From: a virus
Taxonomy: Duplodnaviria > Caudoviricetes
IMG/VR virus record: IMGVR_UViG_2744054517_000003
Location: 43,634 to 107,633 of that record
Reading direction: 5' to 3' (one strand)
DNA length: 64,000 bases
The translations under genes and the position numbers were made by a program. Shown here in pieces: positions 9,208 to 17,201 of this stretch. Numbering within the stretch: position 1 is the stretch's first letter; each line of letters opens with the position of its first letter. The notes under the pieces were generated by a model that saw nothing but the letters and a program-made list of their open reading frames with translations, did no database searches and was not told where the DNA came from.

Positions 9208-9477
9208 TTACCCTCTGTGTGCGCCCGCATACAATCCGCCCAACGCCCCGAGCACGCCACAAGCAATAGCAGCGATCATAATTACAGGCCCTTGTATATC
9301 ACGACCTTCGACCTTCTTCGTAAGGAATCCGAGAATGACCGCGATCGGAGACGTAACCACGGGAAACCACAACAAAGAGAGTACAGCAAACGTCCATCCG
9401 AGGAACGCGAGCGCGCTACCCTTCCGTTGTTCTTGCCTTTCCGTTGGCTTGTCGCTCTTTACGACACCGTTAATCAA
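9208..9477 (-). CDS. Small membrane protein (DUF4190-like)
   Basis: Hydrophobic helices, PIAVILG motif. Confidence 0.65.
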   Translation of the reverse strand: MINGVVKSDKPTERQEQRKGSALAFLGWTFAVLSLLWFPVVTSPIAVILGFLTKKVEGRDIQGPVIMIAAIACGVLGALGGLYAGAHRG

Positions 9478-9598
9478 ACCGAATCCCCTCCGTTAACTCA
9501 CGTTTACCTAATAATACCATCGGACTAGTACGTTGTCACTAAAAGAAAAACGGACCCACCTACGCAATCTCCCACGCAAATGAGTCCGTTAAAGTCCG

Positions 9599-9690
9599 CT
9601 ACTTAGTTTCTTTCGTCTTTTGTTCCGCTTTAAACGTTGAGTACACGCCAGTCCCGATCAACGCGTACGAAACGATGTCTACTCTGCACT
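9599..9690 (-). pseudogene. Possible holin C-terminal remnant
   Basis: VDIVSYALIGTGVYSTFKAEQKTKETK*, no convincing start or RBS. Confidence 0.3.
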
Positions 9691-9744
9691 TTCTAAGTAT
9701 CTAATCGATTAGACAATTGGGATGAAATTGTGTAAACTAAAAAT

Positions 9745-9864
9745 GTAACGCATTACAAAAAGAAAAGGCCGCTAATATCGCAAGACATAGCTCGGCCCTA
9801 ATCTAATTTGATTGTATTTCACGAAAAATAGCCCACATCCCTGCAAAGATAGCGGCTATTTTTT
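9745..9864 (+). ncRNA. Putative antisense antitoxin RNA
   Basis: TAGACA-17-TAAACT promoter (9710-9738); terminator 9825-9864 overlaps toxin 3' end. Confidence 0.6.
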
Positions 9865-9930
9865 GCGTTTTATAATAATGACAAGTGTGGCGAACATTAT
9901 CATAAGTGACAAAGATTCATACACAGTCAT
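9856..9930 (-). CDS. Holin-like type I toxin (24 aa)
   Basis: MTVYESLSLMIMFATLVIIIKRKK; GGAGGAGG RBS sequestered in a 5' hairpin. Confidence 0.75.
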   Translation of the reverse strand: MTVYESLSLMIMFATLVIIIKRKK

Positions 9931-10091
9931 GGGCGGTCACCTCCTCCCTAAAAGAGAGGACCGCTTTTTGCTATGCCTTGCTTTCTAAAAGTATACACCA
10001 TCTCCACTCTCACCGCCTACTATTTTATACTGCTCTCATCTATCAAAAAAAATGCCCACCTCCGAAGAGATGAGCGTCGTTATGCGTTTTA

Positions 10092-11150
10092 TTAGCGTCT
10101 CTTTCCTGCGCGAGTCATTCCGAGTCGTGAAAGTGGCGAAAATTGTGAATGACTGTCTCGCATAGCACCTTCGTTTACCTTGACGTACCCTTGCGTAGTC
10201 TTAATATCAGCGTGCGCTACGATCCGCTGCAAGGTGAAGAGGTCACCGCCATTAAGTAGATAGTTTGTGCAGAAGTAATCGCGGAATCGGTGCGGTGATA
10301 CTGGAGTTACCTTCCGATCGATACCCACTTTGTCCGCATACTGGCTTAGTCTCTTTCGGAATTGGTCGGCTTTTAACGGATCACCGTAATTCGCCAGAAA
10401 TATGAAGTCCGTATCAAAATAAGAGCGATTCTCTTCCATAAGGATAACCAACTCACGCAAAACACTCGCCGATACCGGAACAATTCGCGGCTTTCTGTTT
10501 TTGTTCATATGGCCCGGCAGCCGAATACATCGTGACGCGATATCCAGGTGAGTCGATTCCAGCCGCAACGCCTCATTAATTCGCAATCCTGTATCTGCAA
10601 GTAACAACATAAGCGTACGGTCGCGGAAGCCCGCAAATGTATCAACGTCGGCAGCTTCGACTAAATCTCGGAGTTGTTCATCTACAATTACGCTCTTCTC
10701 TTCCGTATCCTTGCGTGGTGGCTTTAGCTTCTCCGCCGGGTCTTCTTTCATCAATCCCTCGGACATCCAAAATTTACACATTGTTTTCAACGCGCGGAGT
10801 CTTGACGCTACCGTTACGGGTGAGAGATTGCACCCTTCTACTCGCCGTTCTGCGACGCCGTCGTATTTTGTCCGTTCGTAGGACATGTAGTTCATATACT
10901 CGCGTAGAATGGCCGTATCGAGCTGGCCTACTTCATCTATCTCCGAGTGATTCTCCATAAGCCACTCCCGAAAATAACGCCAGTAACTTTGATAGTCTTC
11001 GAGTGTTCGTGTCCGTAACTTCTCCGCTCGTTTAGCGTTGAAGAATAGATCGAACCCCAAGTCAAGCCCGACGAAGCCGACCTCTTTTCCAGACCGCCCA
11101 CTGCGGCGTTTAGCCGTAACAGCCTTACCCTTACGCGGATCAACTGACAT
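10092..11150 (-). CDS. int: Tyrosine integrase of satellite
   Basis: DTGLRINEAL, HRFR, HADIKTTQGY catalytic motifs. Confidence 0.95.
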   Translation of the reverse strand: MSVDPRKGKAVTAKRRSGRSGKEVGFVGLDLGFDLFFNAKRAEKLRTRTLEDYQSYWRYFREWLMENHSEIDEVGQLDTAILREYMNYMSYERTKYDGVAERRVEGCNLSPVTVASRLRALKTMCKFWMSEGLMKEDPAEKLKPPRKDTEEKSVIVDEQLRDLVEAADVDTFAGFRDRTLMLLLADTGLRINEALRLESTHLDIASRCIRLPGHMNKNRKPRIVPVSASVLRELVILMEENRSYFDTDFIFLANYGDPLKADQFRKRLSQYADKVGIDRKVTPVSPHRFRDYFCTNYLLNGGDLFTLQRIVAHADIKTTQGYVKVNEGAMRDSHSQFSPLSRLGMTRAGKRR

Positions 11151-11314
11151 AGCAAAAAACCTCCTACAAAATACCGTAGGAGGCTCCGTATATATCGCAT
11201 TTCAGCGCCGACGTTCGTCTATTTTATCGCTAGGAAAACGTTGACCTAGCGTCTGCCTATCCGGAACATTCAACGAGTGACAAACGTTGATATGACGGGA
11301 AATTCTAACGAAGA

Positions 11315-11357
11315 TGCTGGTGAAGGGAATTGAACCCCCGGCCTACGCATTACGAGT
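11315..11357 (-). pseudogene. 3' half of tRNA-Thr(CGT), att core at the junction of the two elements
   Basis: Reverse complement ACTCGTAATGCGTAGGCCGGGGGTTCAATTCCCTTCACCAGCA: anticodon loop, T-arm, acceptor 3' strand; no 5' half. Confidence 0.85.
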
Positions 11358-11463
11358 TTGTAGCGACAAGGTTTAGCTAGTATTAATAAGACCCAAAACT
11401 TTTGCTACATTAGGGTTTTAGGTCTTTTAAGTATCAGTAAGTAACACTATGTTTTCCTAAGTA

Positions 11464-11483
11464 TGTTTGCACTTTTGTTTGCA
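11464..11483. repeat. Candidate integrase arm-type sites
   Basis: TGTTTGCA direct repeat x2 about 110 bp from att core. Confidence 0.4.
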
Positions 11484-11486
11484 TTA

Positions 11487-11675
11487 TTAAAGACAAATGT
11501 CTGAGATCAAGTCTTCAGAAACAACTCTAACTTTGGTTGTTTCTCCGGTTCCCTTTGTTTTAATGATCGCTTCCGCTATCAGGGAAATGTACTCGTCTTT
11601 AATATTCTTTTTTATTATAATTGTGTCGTGATCCATTCGATCAACTCCGTTGAAGTATTGTTTACTATCAGTCAT
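11487..11675 (-). CDS. Hypothetical protein
   Basis: 62 aa ORF. Confidence 0.4.
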   Translation of the reverse strand: MTDSKQYFNGVDRMDHDTIIIKKNIKDEYISLIAEAIIKTKGTGETTKVRVVSEDLISDICL

Positions 11676-11720
11676 TTTTCCTGTATACTCTCTTGTGAAT
11701 CATTCTCAATGAGGTGAAAC

Positions 11721-11942
11721 ATGGCGGCTCCTCAACCTGAACCAGGGAGAAGCCGTTTGCCTGAGTTGCTAAAAGCAAATAGAATGAAGCAAGTAGATCT
11801 TGCTAATTACTTGGGCGTGTCTCCAGCTCTTATCTCGCGAATAATTGCTGGGGAACGTCTTTTTTCTTATCCATTGGCTGCTAGGGCAGCTTTTAAGCTT
11901 GGATGCACAATGGAAGAATTGCATGAATGGGACTTGTGTTAG
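11721..11942 (+). CDS. XRE-family HTH regulator
   Basis: MKQVDLANYLGVSPALISRIIAG; GAGGTG RBS. Confidence 0.85.
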   Translation: MAAPQPEPGRSRLPELLKANRMKQVDLANYLGVSPALISRIIAGERLFSYPLAARAAFKLGCTMEELHEWDLC

Positions 11943-12048
11943 GGCAAACGGTTGTGGGGTATCCCCTCCCGCTGCCATGGAAATTTACTTAAAGTCAATT
12001 TTTTTATCTTTTTATAAACTAAATTTTGTTTCATCTCCAAATGAATGC

Positions 12049-12068
12049 AAACACTCGTTCCTATTATA
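12049..12068 (-). promoter_or_regulatory. SOS-box-like site next to a leftward TATAAT
   Basis: AAAC-ACTC-GTTC at 12049-12060, ATTATA at 12063-12068. Confidence 0.45.
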
Positions 12069-12278
12069 CCTCATGTTACCAATCGACTCAATGGATTTAA
12101 TCATCGTAATTCCCTCCCTTTTTTTAATTTTAATTTAAAACCTTTCACCTATATTAAATCCCAATATTAGGTGGTTTGGCAACATAAATTCGTCCCGCTG
12201 AACTCCTGCCATTTAACGACTTTATTCGACATGATATAGCTTGATTATCGACAAAAAAAGACCGCTTTTACCTGCGGT

Positions 12279-12650
12279 CTAGAAAAATACGACATTTGGA
12301 TTCAACACCTCAAGTCTGTTAATCGCTTCATCATATCTGTTATGAGCGATTTCACACCTTTTTGATTTCTTTGTAATTTCTTCTTCGAAATATACCTCTT
12401 TAAACAAAGTGTTGATTTTAACAACATTGTCTGCATTAAAAATATTGCTTCTATCTGCATATACAAAATTACTACTTTTGTTTAAAGCATTCATGCAGTA
12501 TTTTAATGGACCTGTCATGTAGTATTTGTTATCTTCGGTATGTACTACAAGACGATCGATGATCCGTTTGTAACTTATAAACCATATTGAGTCAACCGGC
12601 AAATCAATATACCCTGATAATCCTTCGGCATCAGATGTTACGCTTACCAC
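12279..12650 (-). CDS. Stand-alone LytTR DNA-binding protein
   Basis: LVVHTEDNKYY...FVYADRSNIFNADNVVKI resembles LytTR F.R.HRS.IVN; no receiver domain. Confidence 0.8.
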   Translation of the reverse strand: MVSVTSDAEGLSGYIDLPVDSIWFISYKRIIDRLVVHTEDNKYYMTGPLKYCMNALNKSSNFVYADRSNIFNADNVVKINTLFKEVYFEEEITKKSKRCEIAHNRYDEAINRLEVLNPNVVFF

Positions 12651-12661
12651 AAAAACGCCCC

Positions 12662-12784
12662 CTATTCAAACAATTCTGATGGCGGTTCCGGGCTGTAAAT
12701 AAAAGCGATACTTGCGACACTTACAGTTAAAACCGCGATTGAAGATAATACTGTCGCCAACTTAGAATATATATTTTGGGTCAT
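12662..12784 (-). CDS. agrD: AgrD-like cyclic lactone autoinducer precursor (40 aa)
   Basis: MTQNIYSKLATVLSSIAVLTVSVASIAFIYSPEPPSELFE; AAGGAGGT RBS; right after agrB; absent from ORF track. Confidence 0.85.
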   Translation of the reverse strand: MTQNIYSKLATVLSSIAVLTVSVASIAFIYSPEPPSELFE

Positions 12785-12792
12785 GTCCTTAA

Positions 12793-13308
12793 TCACCTCC
12801 TTAAGTTAATCAGCGTCAAAGATTGTGCCAGGATGCTTATTGCTATAAAAGGATGAGTAAACCAAAGATTAAATCCTACAAGAATAAACGCAGCTACTTT
12901 TAGAGCAGAAAAATACTTTGGCGGTATACGGGTCTGTTTCTCTATCCCCGCTGGAGCAAAAAGTAAAATTAGAATCATACTGATTCCTGTTGCAATCATA
13001 GTCCATTTGTGGTCCAAAGTTATGAACGATAATCCAGTAAACAGAAGCGTGGAAACAACTACGCAGCCCATACCGCTTTTAAGGTGTACCCCTCCTGTCA
13101 TTTGTCTCAAGATAGCAAAGGTCATCATTATAGTGAATACTTCCCCTGCTTTACCTGTTAGCAAGGCTATTATGATCGTTGCCACAGTTATAAAGACTAT
13201 ATTAAGAATCACTGCTAATGCATGTTTCAAAACTGGCACAGAGGCCGGGTGATCTGGTACCACACTCTTTATATGCTGCGCCATCCGCAAGGCTAGTGGC
13301 TCAATCAT
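12793..13308 (-). CDS. agrB: AgrB-family peptide maturation protein
   Basis: LRQMTGGVHLKSGMGC (R..GG.H...C) and FAP motifs, multi-TM. Confidence 0.9.
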   Translation of the reverse strand: MIEPLALRMAQHIKSVVPDHPASVPVLKHALAVILNIVFITVATIIIALLTGKAGEVFTIMMTFAILRQMTGGVHLKSGMGCVVVSTLLFTGLSFITLDHKWTMIATGISMILILLFAPAGIEKQTRIPPKYFSALKVAAFILVGFNLWFTHPFIAISILAQSLTLINLRR

Positions 13309-13939
13309 CTTTAGAAGACAGCTCCTCTCTTTCTTTCACCACTGCATAATACAGAAACAATCCCGCTACAAGCGCGAGAACTAATATTATAAACAGAAGG
13401 TTGTTGTAAAACATAACAGTTGCAGAAGCGATAAGCCCAACCATTATGAAAGCAATTACTGCTATATGCTCCCATTTGAAACGCAACCGTTCAAACTCTG
13501 CTGTGAATCCGATTTTGAATTTTAATAATATCCATACAAAAAAGAAAGTCCACGCGCTTGTGACTATTTGAACGACTGTCCCGGCTGACGAATACTGCAT
13601 ATCCTCTGTGAAACTACCGAAAAGAGACAAAATAACAAGAGCCTGAAACGCGGTGTAGATAAACATTCCTGTCATAGCCATGATCGCTGCCCACAATATA
13701 GGGACTCTGACCACTGTCGTAATAAGTAATATAAATATTATCGTACTTATTGCAGGAACCATGAAGGATAGAGACATTTGTTCTCTCAAAAAAAAGCTAA
13801 TGAGGTTCATAATCAAAAAAGAAAACAAGCCCGGCCATAAAAATTCAAGAGGTTTAAGCCTATATATTGATAACATTAAAGAAAATGCCGCAAACGATTC
13901 CACGCTTGAAAATAATAAAAACCTCACCGCTTCCCACAT
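13301..13939 (-). CDS. Multi-TM membrane protein, AgrC-sensor-like, no kinase domain
   Basis: 212 aa, about 6-7 TM, ends EREELSSKDD and overlaps agrB start. Confidence 0.75.
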   Translation of the reverse strand: MWEAVRFLLFSSVESFAAFSLMLSIYRLKPLEFLWPGLFSFLIMNLISFFLREQMSLSFMVPAISTIIFILLITTVVRVPILWAAIMAMTGMFIYTAFQALVILSLFGSFTEDMQYSSAGTVVQIVTSAWTFFFVWILLKFKIGFTAEFERLRFKWEHIAVIAFIMVGLIASATVMFYNNLLFIILVLALVAGLFLYYAVVKEREELSSKDD

Positions 13940-14060
13940 TACATATGCTCCTTCACAATTGGTAACAAATATGCTTTTATTCTATATTTGTTATCTGTTA
14001 TGGGCAATGCAATTACCAATCTATTTGGTAATTTTTATGTATTATGTGAGGTAATTATTT

Positions 14061-14393
14061 TCAGTCTGCGGATATAATATCCTCTAGTTTAATCCAACTA
14101 AAATCATCTTCCCCACGAACCAGTTTTACCTCACGTCTAGCGGTGTTAATTGACGTAACTACACCAGTCATGTCCGTATCGTCAAACGGGCTAAATACGG
14201 TCACTGTCACGGCTGTACGTGTATTGTAAGACTCTATTAGAGCCTGCTCAATCAATTGTACTTCCTGGTCATCCAATTCTGGTTTACCGCGCCGTTGACG
14301 GTCCTTCATGAGCTTCAAATAAGCTTCTTTATGTTCTGGTATGATAATCCGGCTGCTTTCCCATAAGCCGTTACCTTCTAATTTTTTAGACAT
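14061..14393 (-). CDS. yolD: YolD-like protein
   Basis: WESSRIIIPEHKEA...KPELDDQE; AGGAGG RBS. Confidence 0.85.
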   Translation of the reverse strand: MSKKLEGNGLWESSRIIIPEHKEAYLKLMKDRQRRGKPELDDQEVQLIEQALIESYNTRTAVTVTVFSPFDDTDMTGVVTSINTARREVKLVRGEDDFSWIKLEDIISAD

Positions 14394-14432
14394 GTATGTA
14401 GCCTCCTGATGTGTTATGTAGAAATTATATTC

Positions 14433-14446
14433 CGAACACTTGTTCC
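14433..14446. promoter_or_regulatory. LexA SOS box
   Basis: CGAACACTTGTTCC upstream of yolD. Confidence 0.8.
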
Positions 14447-14502
14447 TTACAAGGGATATCATTTCCAGTACGTAAAAAAATAAACCTCAGATTATCCGAG
14501 GT

Positions 14503-14775
14503 TTAATATTCCGTAAAATATCTATTCGCATCACCCGGCGACATCGGTCTACTTCGTCCGCGCTCCCAGCCCTCTATAATAACGATATGCCGCGTATCTG
14601 ACTGGTCTTCCCAAGTAATATAGTTATCCTTCTCCAAGGCCAGCAGTCCTGCCTTTATATCCGTTACACTCCTACCTGTCTTGATCTCCAACTCATTCAT
14701 AGTTGGCATTCGTCGTTTCTGTGCAAAAAAGTTGTAAAGAATACGCAGTAACTTACGCTCGATGTCTGGTAACAA
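14503..14775 (-). CDS. LexA-N-like wHTH protein
   Basis: RRMPTMNELEIKTGRS...LEKDNYI; TTG start after AGGAG; SOS-like AAACATGAGTTC at 14807-14818. Confidence 0.7.
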   Translation of the reverse strand: MLPDIERKLLRILYNFFAQKRRMPTMNELEIKTGRSVTDIKAGLLALEKDNYITWEDQSDTRHIVIIEGWERGRSRPMSPGDANRYFTEY

Positions 14776-14862
14776 AGCGATCCACTCCTTTGTTACTATT
14801 ATATACAAACATGAGTTCTTATAAAATAAAGAATATTATTCCAAAAAAAACACTTCACAGCC

Positions 14863-14891
14863 TTGCATAATGATATCATATGTGATATCAT
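14863..14891 (+). promoter_or_regulatory. hicAB promoter/operator
   Basis: TTGCAT-17-TATCAT overlapped by two TGATATCA palindromes. Confidence 0.65.
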
Positions 14892-14909
14892 GTATTTAGG
14901 AGGTGAGAC

Positions 14910-15134
14910 ATGGCTAGGGTCGATAAAATCATCGAGAAAATGAAAAACCGCCCTAACGGGATTAGGTTCGCGGAGATAGCAAAAGTCCTGAATCATCTGG
15001 GTTACATAGTGGTACGAATTAAGGGTTCGCATCACATATTCCGAAATGAGTCAGGAGACACGCTCCCGATACCTTTTGAAACACCCGTCAAGGCGGCGTA
15101 CGTCAAAGACGTACTGGAGATCATCGGGGAGTAG
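14910..15134 (+). CDS. hicA: HicA toxin
   Basis: RIKGSHHIF motif. Confidence 0.9.
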   Translation: MARVDKIIEKMKNRPNGIRFAEIAKVLNHLGYIVVRIKGSHHIFRNESGDTLPIPFETPVKAAYVKDVLEIIGE

Positions 15135-15181
15135 TACCTCCCCTTTGTTCTCAAAATCATTTTATCCTAGCCTACATTAAT

Positions 15182-15550
15182 ATGGCAAATGAAAAACCGA
15201 TCCAAAAAGACATAGCGTATTACATGGCGCTCCCGTATACAATTCAGATTAAGCATATGAACGACGAAAGCGGAAGCTACCACTTAGCTACAGTCGCGGA
15301 GCTGGAAGGTTGCAAGAGCCATGGCGACACGCCAGAAGAAGCCCTGAAAATGGTCAGAGAAGCTATGGAGGGTTACCTTGAGGTAAAGCTTGAGTTTGGC
15401 GATGAGATACCGGAACCAGTAAATGAGGAACAATTTAGTGGCAAATGGTTGCAACGTGCTCCAAAGTCCCTGCATAAGCATTTGATGGAGCGTGCAGCAG
15501 CAGAAGGCATATCCTTCAACCAATATTGCTTATACAAACTGAGTAAGTAA
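15182..15550 (+). CDS. hicB: HicB antitoxin
   Basis: LEGCKSHGDTPEEA, C-terminal RHH (PKSLH...EGISFNQY). Confidence 0.9.
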   Translation: MANEKPIQKDIAYYMALPYTIQIKHMNDESGSYHLATVAELEGCKSHGDTPEEALKMVREAMEGYLEVKLEFGDEIPEPVNEEQFSGKWLQRAPKSLHKHLMERAAAEGISFNQYCLYKLSK

Positions 15551-15588
15551 CGTATGTTTGAGACTCCTCTATACTAGGAGGTAAACTT

Positions 15589-15696
15589 ATGGTAAAGGTA
15601 ATTTGGTTTGTGATTATTACCATGTTGGTTAGTGCTGCTGCGTTAGCAGGGTTGATAACAGTAGTGGTTAAATTGATCCGTAAAAGAGAGGAATAA
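15589..15696 (+). CDS. Small membrane peptide (35 aa)
   Basis: MVKVIWFVIITMLVSAAALAGLITVVVKLIRKREE; AGGAGG RBS. Confidence 0.6.
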   Translation: MVKVIWFVIITMLVSAAALAGLITVVVKLIRKREE

Positions 15697-15698
15697 CT

Positions 15699-15902
15699 AT
15701 GAAATACGGCCTACGTAAGCCCAGCCTAAACAAGCGTATAGCAGCTCGTACCAGCCTCAAACGGCAGATTGTACACCGTGCAGGACTAAAGATGCCACGA
15801 GGCTGGGGATGGCTCAGAAACCCACGTAAGGCGGCATACAATAAGGTGTACAATCGCAGCACATTTGATATATTTAAAGCGATTGGTAAATTGTTTAAGT
15901 AG
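15699..15902 (+). CDS. Basic phage hypothetical protein
   Basis: RKPSLNKRIAARTS...KAAYNKVYNR, a type I recall from Firmicute prophages. Confidence 0.7.
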   Translation: MKYGLRKPSLNKRIAARTSLKRQIVHRAGLKMPRGWGWLRNPRKAAYNKVYNRSTFDIFKAIGKLFK

Positions 15903-15914
15903 GAAGGTGCGGTT

Positions 15915-16115
15915 ATGGGACCTTATAATTTAGAGTTAACACCTTGGGAAATGCTCATATTGCGAGACGATATGAAGGAACGTTTAAAATATAATCGCGG
16001 TTTCGTTCCCGAAGAACTGGCTATTTGGAGAAAAATAGAGGCATTGCATGAACAGTTAGAACGAGATGAGGCAGATTATAAGAAAGTAGAATCAAAAGAT
16101 ACAAAATCAACATAA
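15915..16115 (+). CDS. Hypothetical protein
   Basis: 66 aa with RBS. Confidence 0.55.
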   Translation: MGPYNLELTPWEMLILRDDMKERLKYNRGFVPEELAIWRKIEALHEQLERDEADYKKVESKDTKST

Positions 16116-16119
16116 GCTT

Positions 16120-16159
16120 AAAAAGCTCTGCCGACCAATTAAGGTTAGCAGAGCTTTTT
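16120..16159. terminator. Bidirectional terminator, repeated family
   Basis: AAAGCTCTGCCGACC-AATTA-AGGTTAGCAGAGCTTT; relatives at 17041 and 19745. Confidence 0.75.
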
Positions 16160-16207
16160 AATGTGTGACCAGCTGCTGTAGCTTGGACTATTTTAAAGTC
16201 ATATATT

Positions 16208-16651
16208 TCAATTAGCATAATCGTAATAAATATAACCGTTACCCTTAATATAATGAGAACCAGAACCATTAGAAACTTCTATGTATACTTTATAGGTTCC
16301 TGGATCAATTGTTTGGCTATATTTGTTTGAATAATCCTTATCTCCTTCAGAATCGAAATTTAATTTTTTCCAAGTGAAGACTTGACCGTCTTGTTCAAGT
16401 CGAATTTTCACATCACATGGAAAGTCCACGTTCGTAGTATCATCCAAGACAACTCCAAAGTGGACATTTTTGACGGGTTTGTTGAATGTAACTTTGAATG
16501 TCTTTCCGCTTGACGTTTCTGCATAATCACTATCCCAAACAGCATATTGAAAATTATCACTAGTCTTTGCAAAACTTGATTGAGGTAAAAACAATACCAG
16601 TGCGCATGCGAGAACAAAGAATGTTGAACATAAAACACAGAATTTCTTCAT
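16208..16651 (-). CDS. Secreted protein
   Basis: Signal peptide MKKFCVL...SSFA; beta-rich mature part. Confidence 0.7.
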   Translation of the reverse strand: MKKFCVLCSTFFVLACALVLFLPQSSFAKTSDNFQYAVWDSDYAETSSGKTFKVTFNKPVKNVHFGVVLDDTTNVDFPCDVKIRLEQDGQVFTWKKLNFDSEGDKDYSNKYSQTIDPGTYKVYIEVSNGSGSHYIKGNGYIYYDYAN

Positions 16652-16757
16652 AGTATAAAACCTCCTAGTAATATGGATTACATTCACCTTCATATTACTT
16701 TATTAGTAATGTCGAAGTATCTCGCATGTTGTAACAAAACAAAAAAAGACTCTCTAG

Positions 16758-16994
16758 TTACCCAGTAGAGTCTTTTACATCTACTCTAAATTCAAATTGA
16801 TTCCGTATGTAATAAGCTCCGGCAATCTTGACCGATTCAGGCGAAAACTTTTCTATAGTGCCACCATAGTCTACAACCGATATAAAATCCTCGCCTAACG
16901 ACTGAACAACGTACACCTTTACCTGGCTTAATGCAGCTGCAAATAGTTCTATATCTGACTTTAACACTTTATATGTATGGTTCATGCTGATCAC
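16758..16994 (-). CDS. Hypothetical protein
   Basis: 78 aa, GAGGTG RBS. Confidence 0.6.
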   Translation of the reverse strand: MISMNHTYKVLKSDIELFAAALSQVKVYVVQSLGEDFISVVDYGGTIEKFSPESVKIAGAYYIRNQFEFRVDVKDSTG

Positions 16995-17078
16995 CTCAGA
17001 TAGTTATTCTGCCGTATGTGTGGTAATTCCTGCACTAAAGAAAGCCCTACCAACCATAAGGTTGGCAGAGCTTTAGCT

Positions 17079-17201
17079 TTAAAATCCTCCAATGGTAACG
17101 TTAGGCTGAATACTATGGTGGTGGTTAAAGGCTTGATCCGGCACAGTAACAATCAACAAAAAGCTAGCCGCAATGATTAAAAGCACCATTTTTTTGAACA
17201 T
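17079..17201 (-). CDS. aloP: AloP-like secreted signalling pro-peptide (40 aa)
   Basis: MFKKMVLLIIAASFLLIVTVPDQAFNHHHSIQPNVTIGGF; overlaps receptor 3' end. Confidence 0.8.
   Translation of the reverse strand: MFKKMVLLIIAASFLLIVTVPDQAFNHHHSIQPNVTIGGF

Larger units (their letters stand above)
1..11357. mobile_element. Phage satellite / PICI-like island, left end outside window
   Basis: Integrase beside tRNA att fragment, divergent repressor, XRE/rep/ori genes, scaffold and capsid; no tail or intact lysis genes in the visible part. Confidence 0.8.

Noticed and set aside
11315-11357. Functional tRNA gene
   Set aside because: D-arm and 5' acceptor strand are absent
13301-13939. Frameshifted agrC histidine kinase
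   Set aside because: The stop overlaps the agrB start, leaving no room for a kinase remnant; no H-box or G-box seen
14910-15550. hicAB as a novelty
   Set aside because: Common prophage toxin-antitoxin pair
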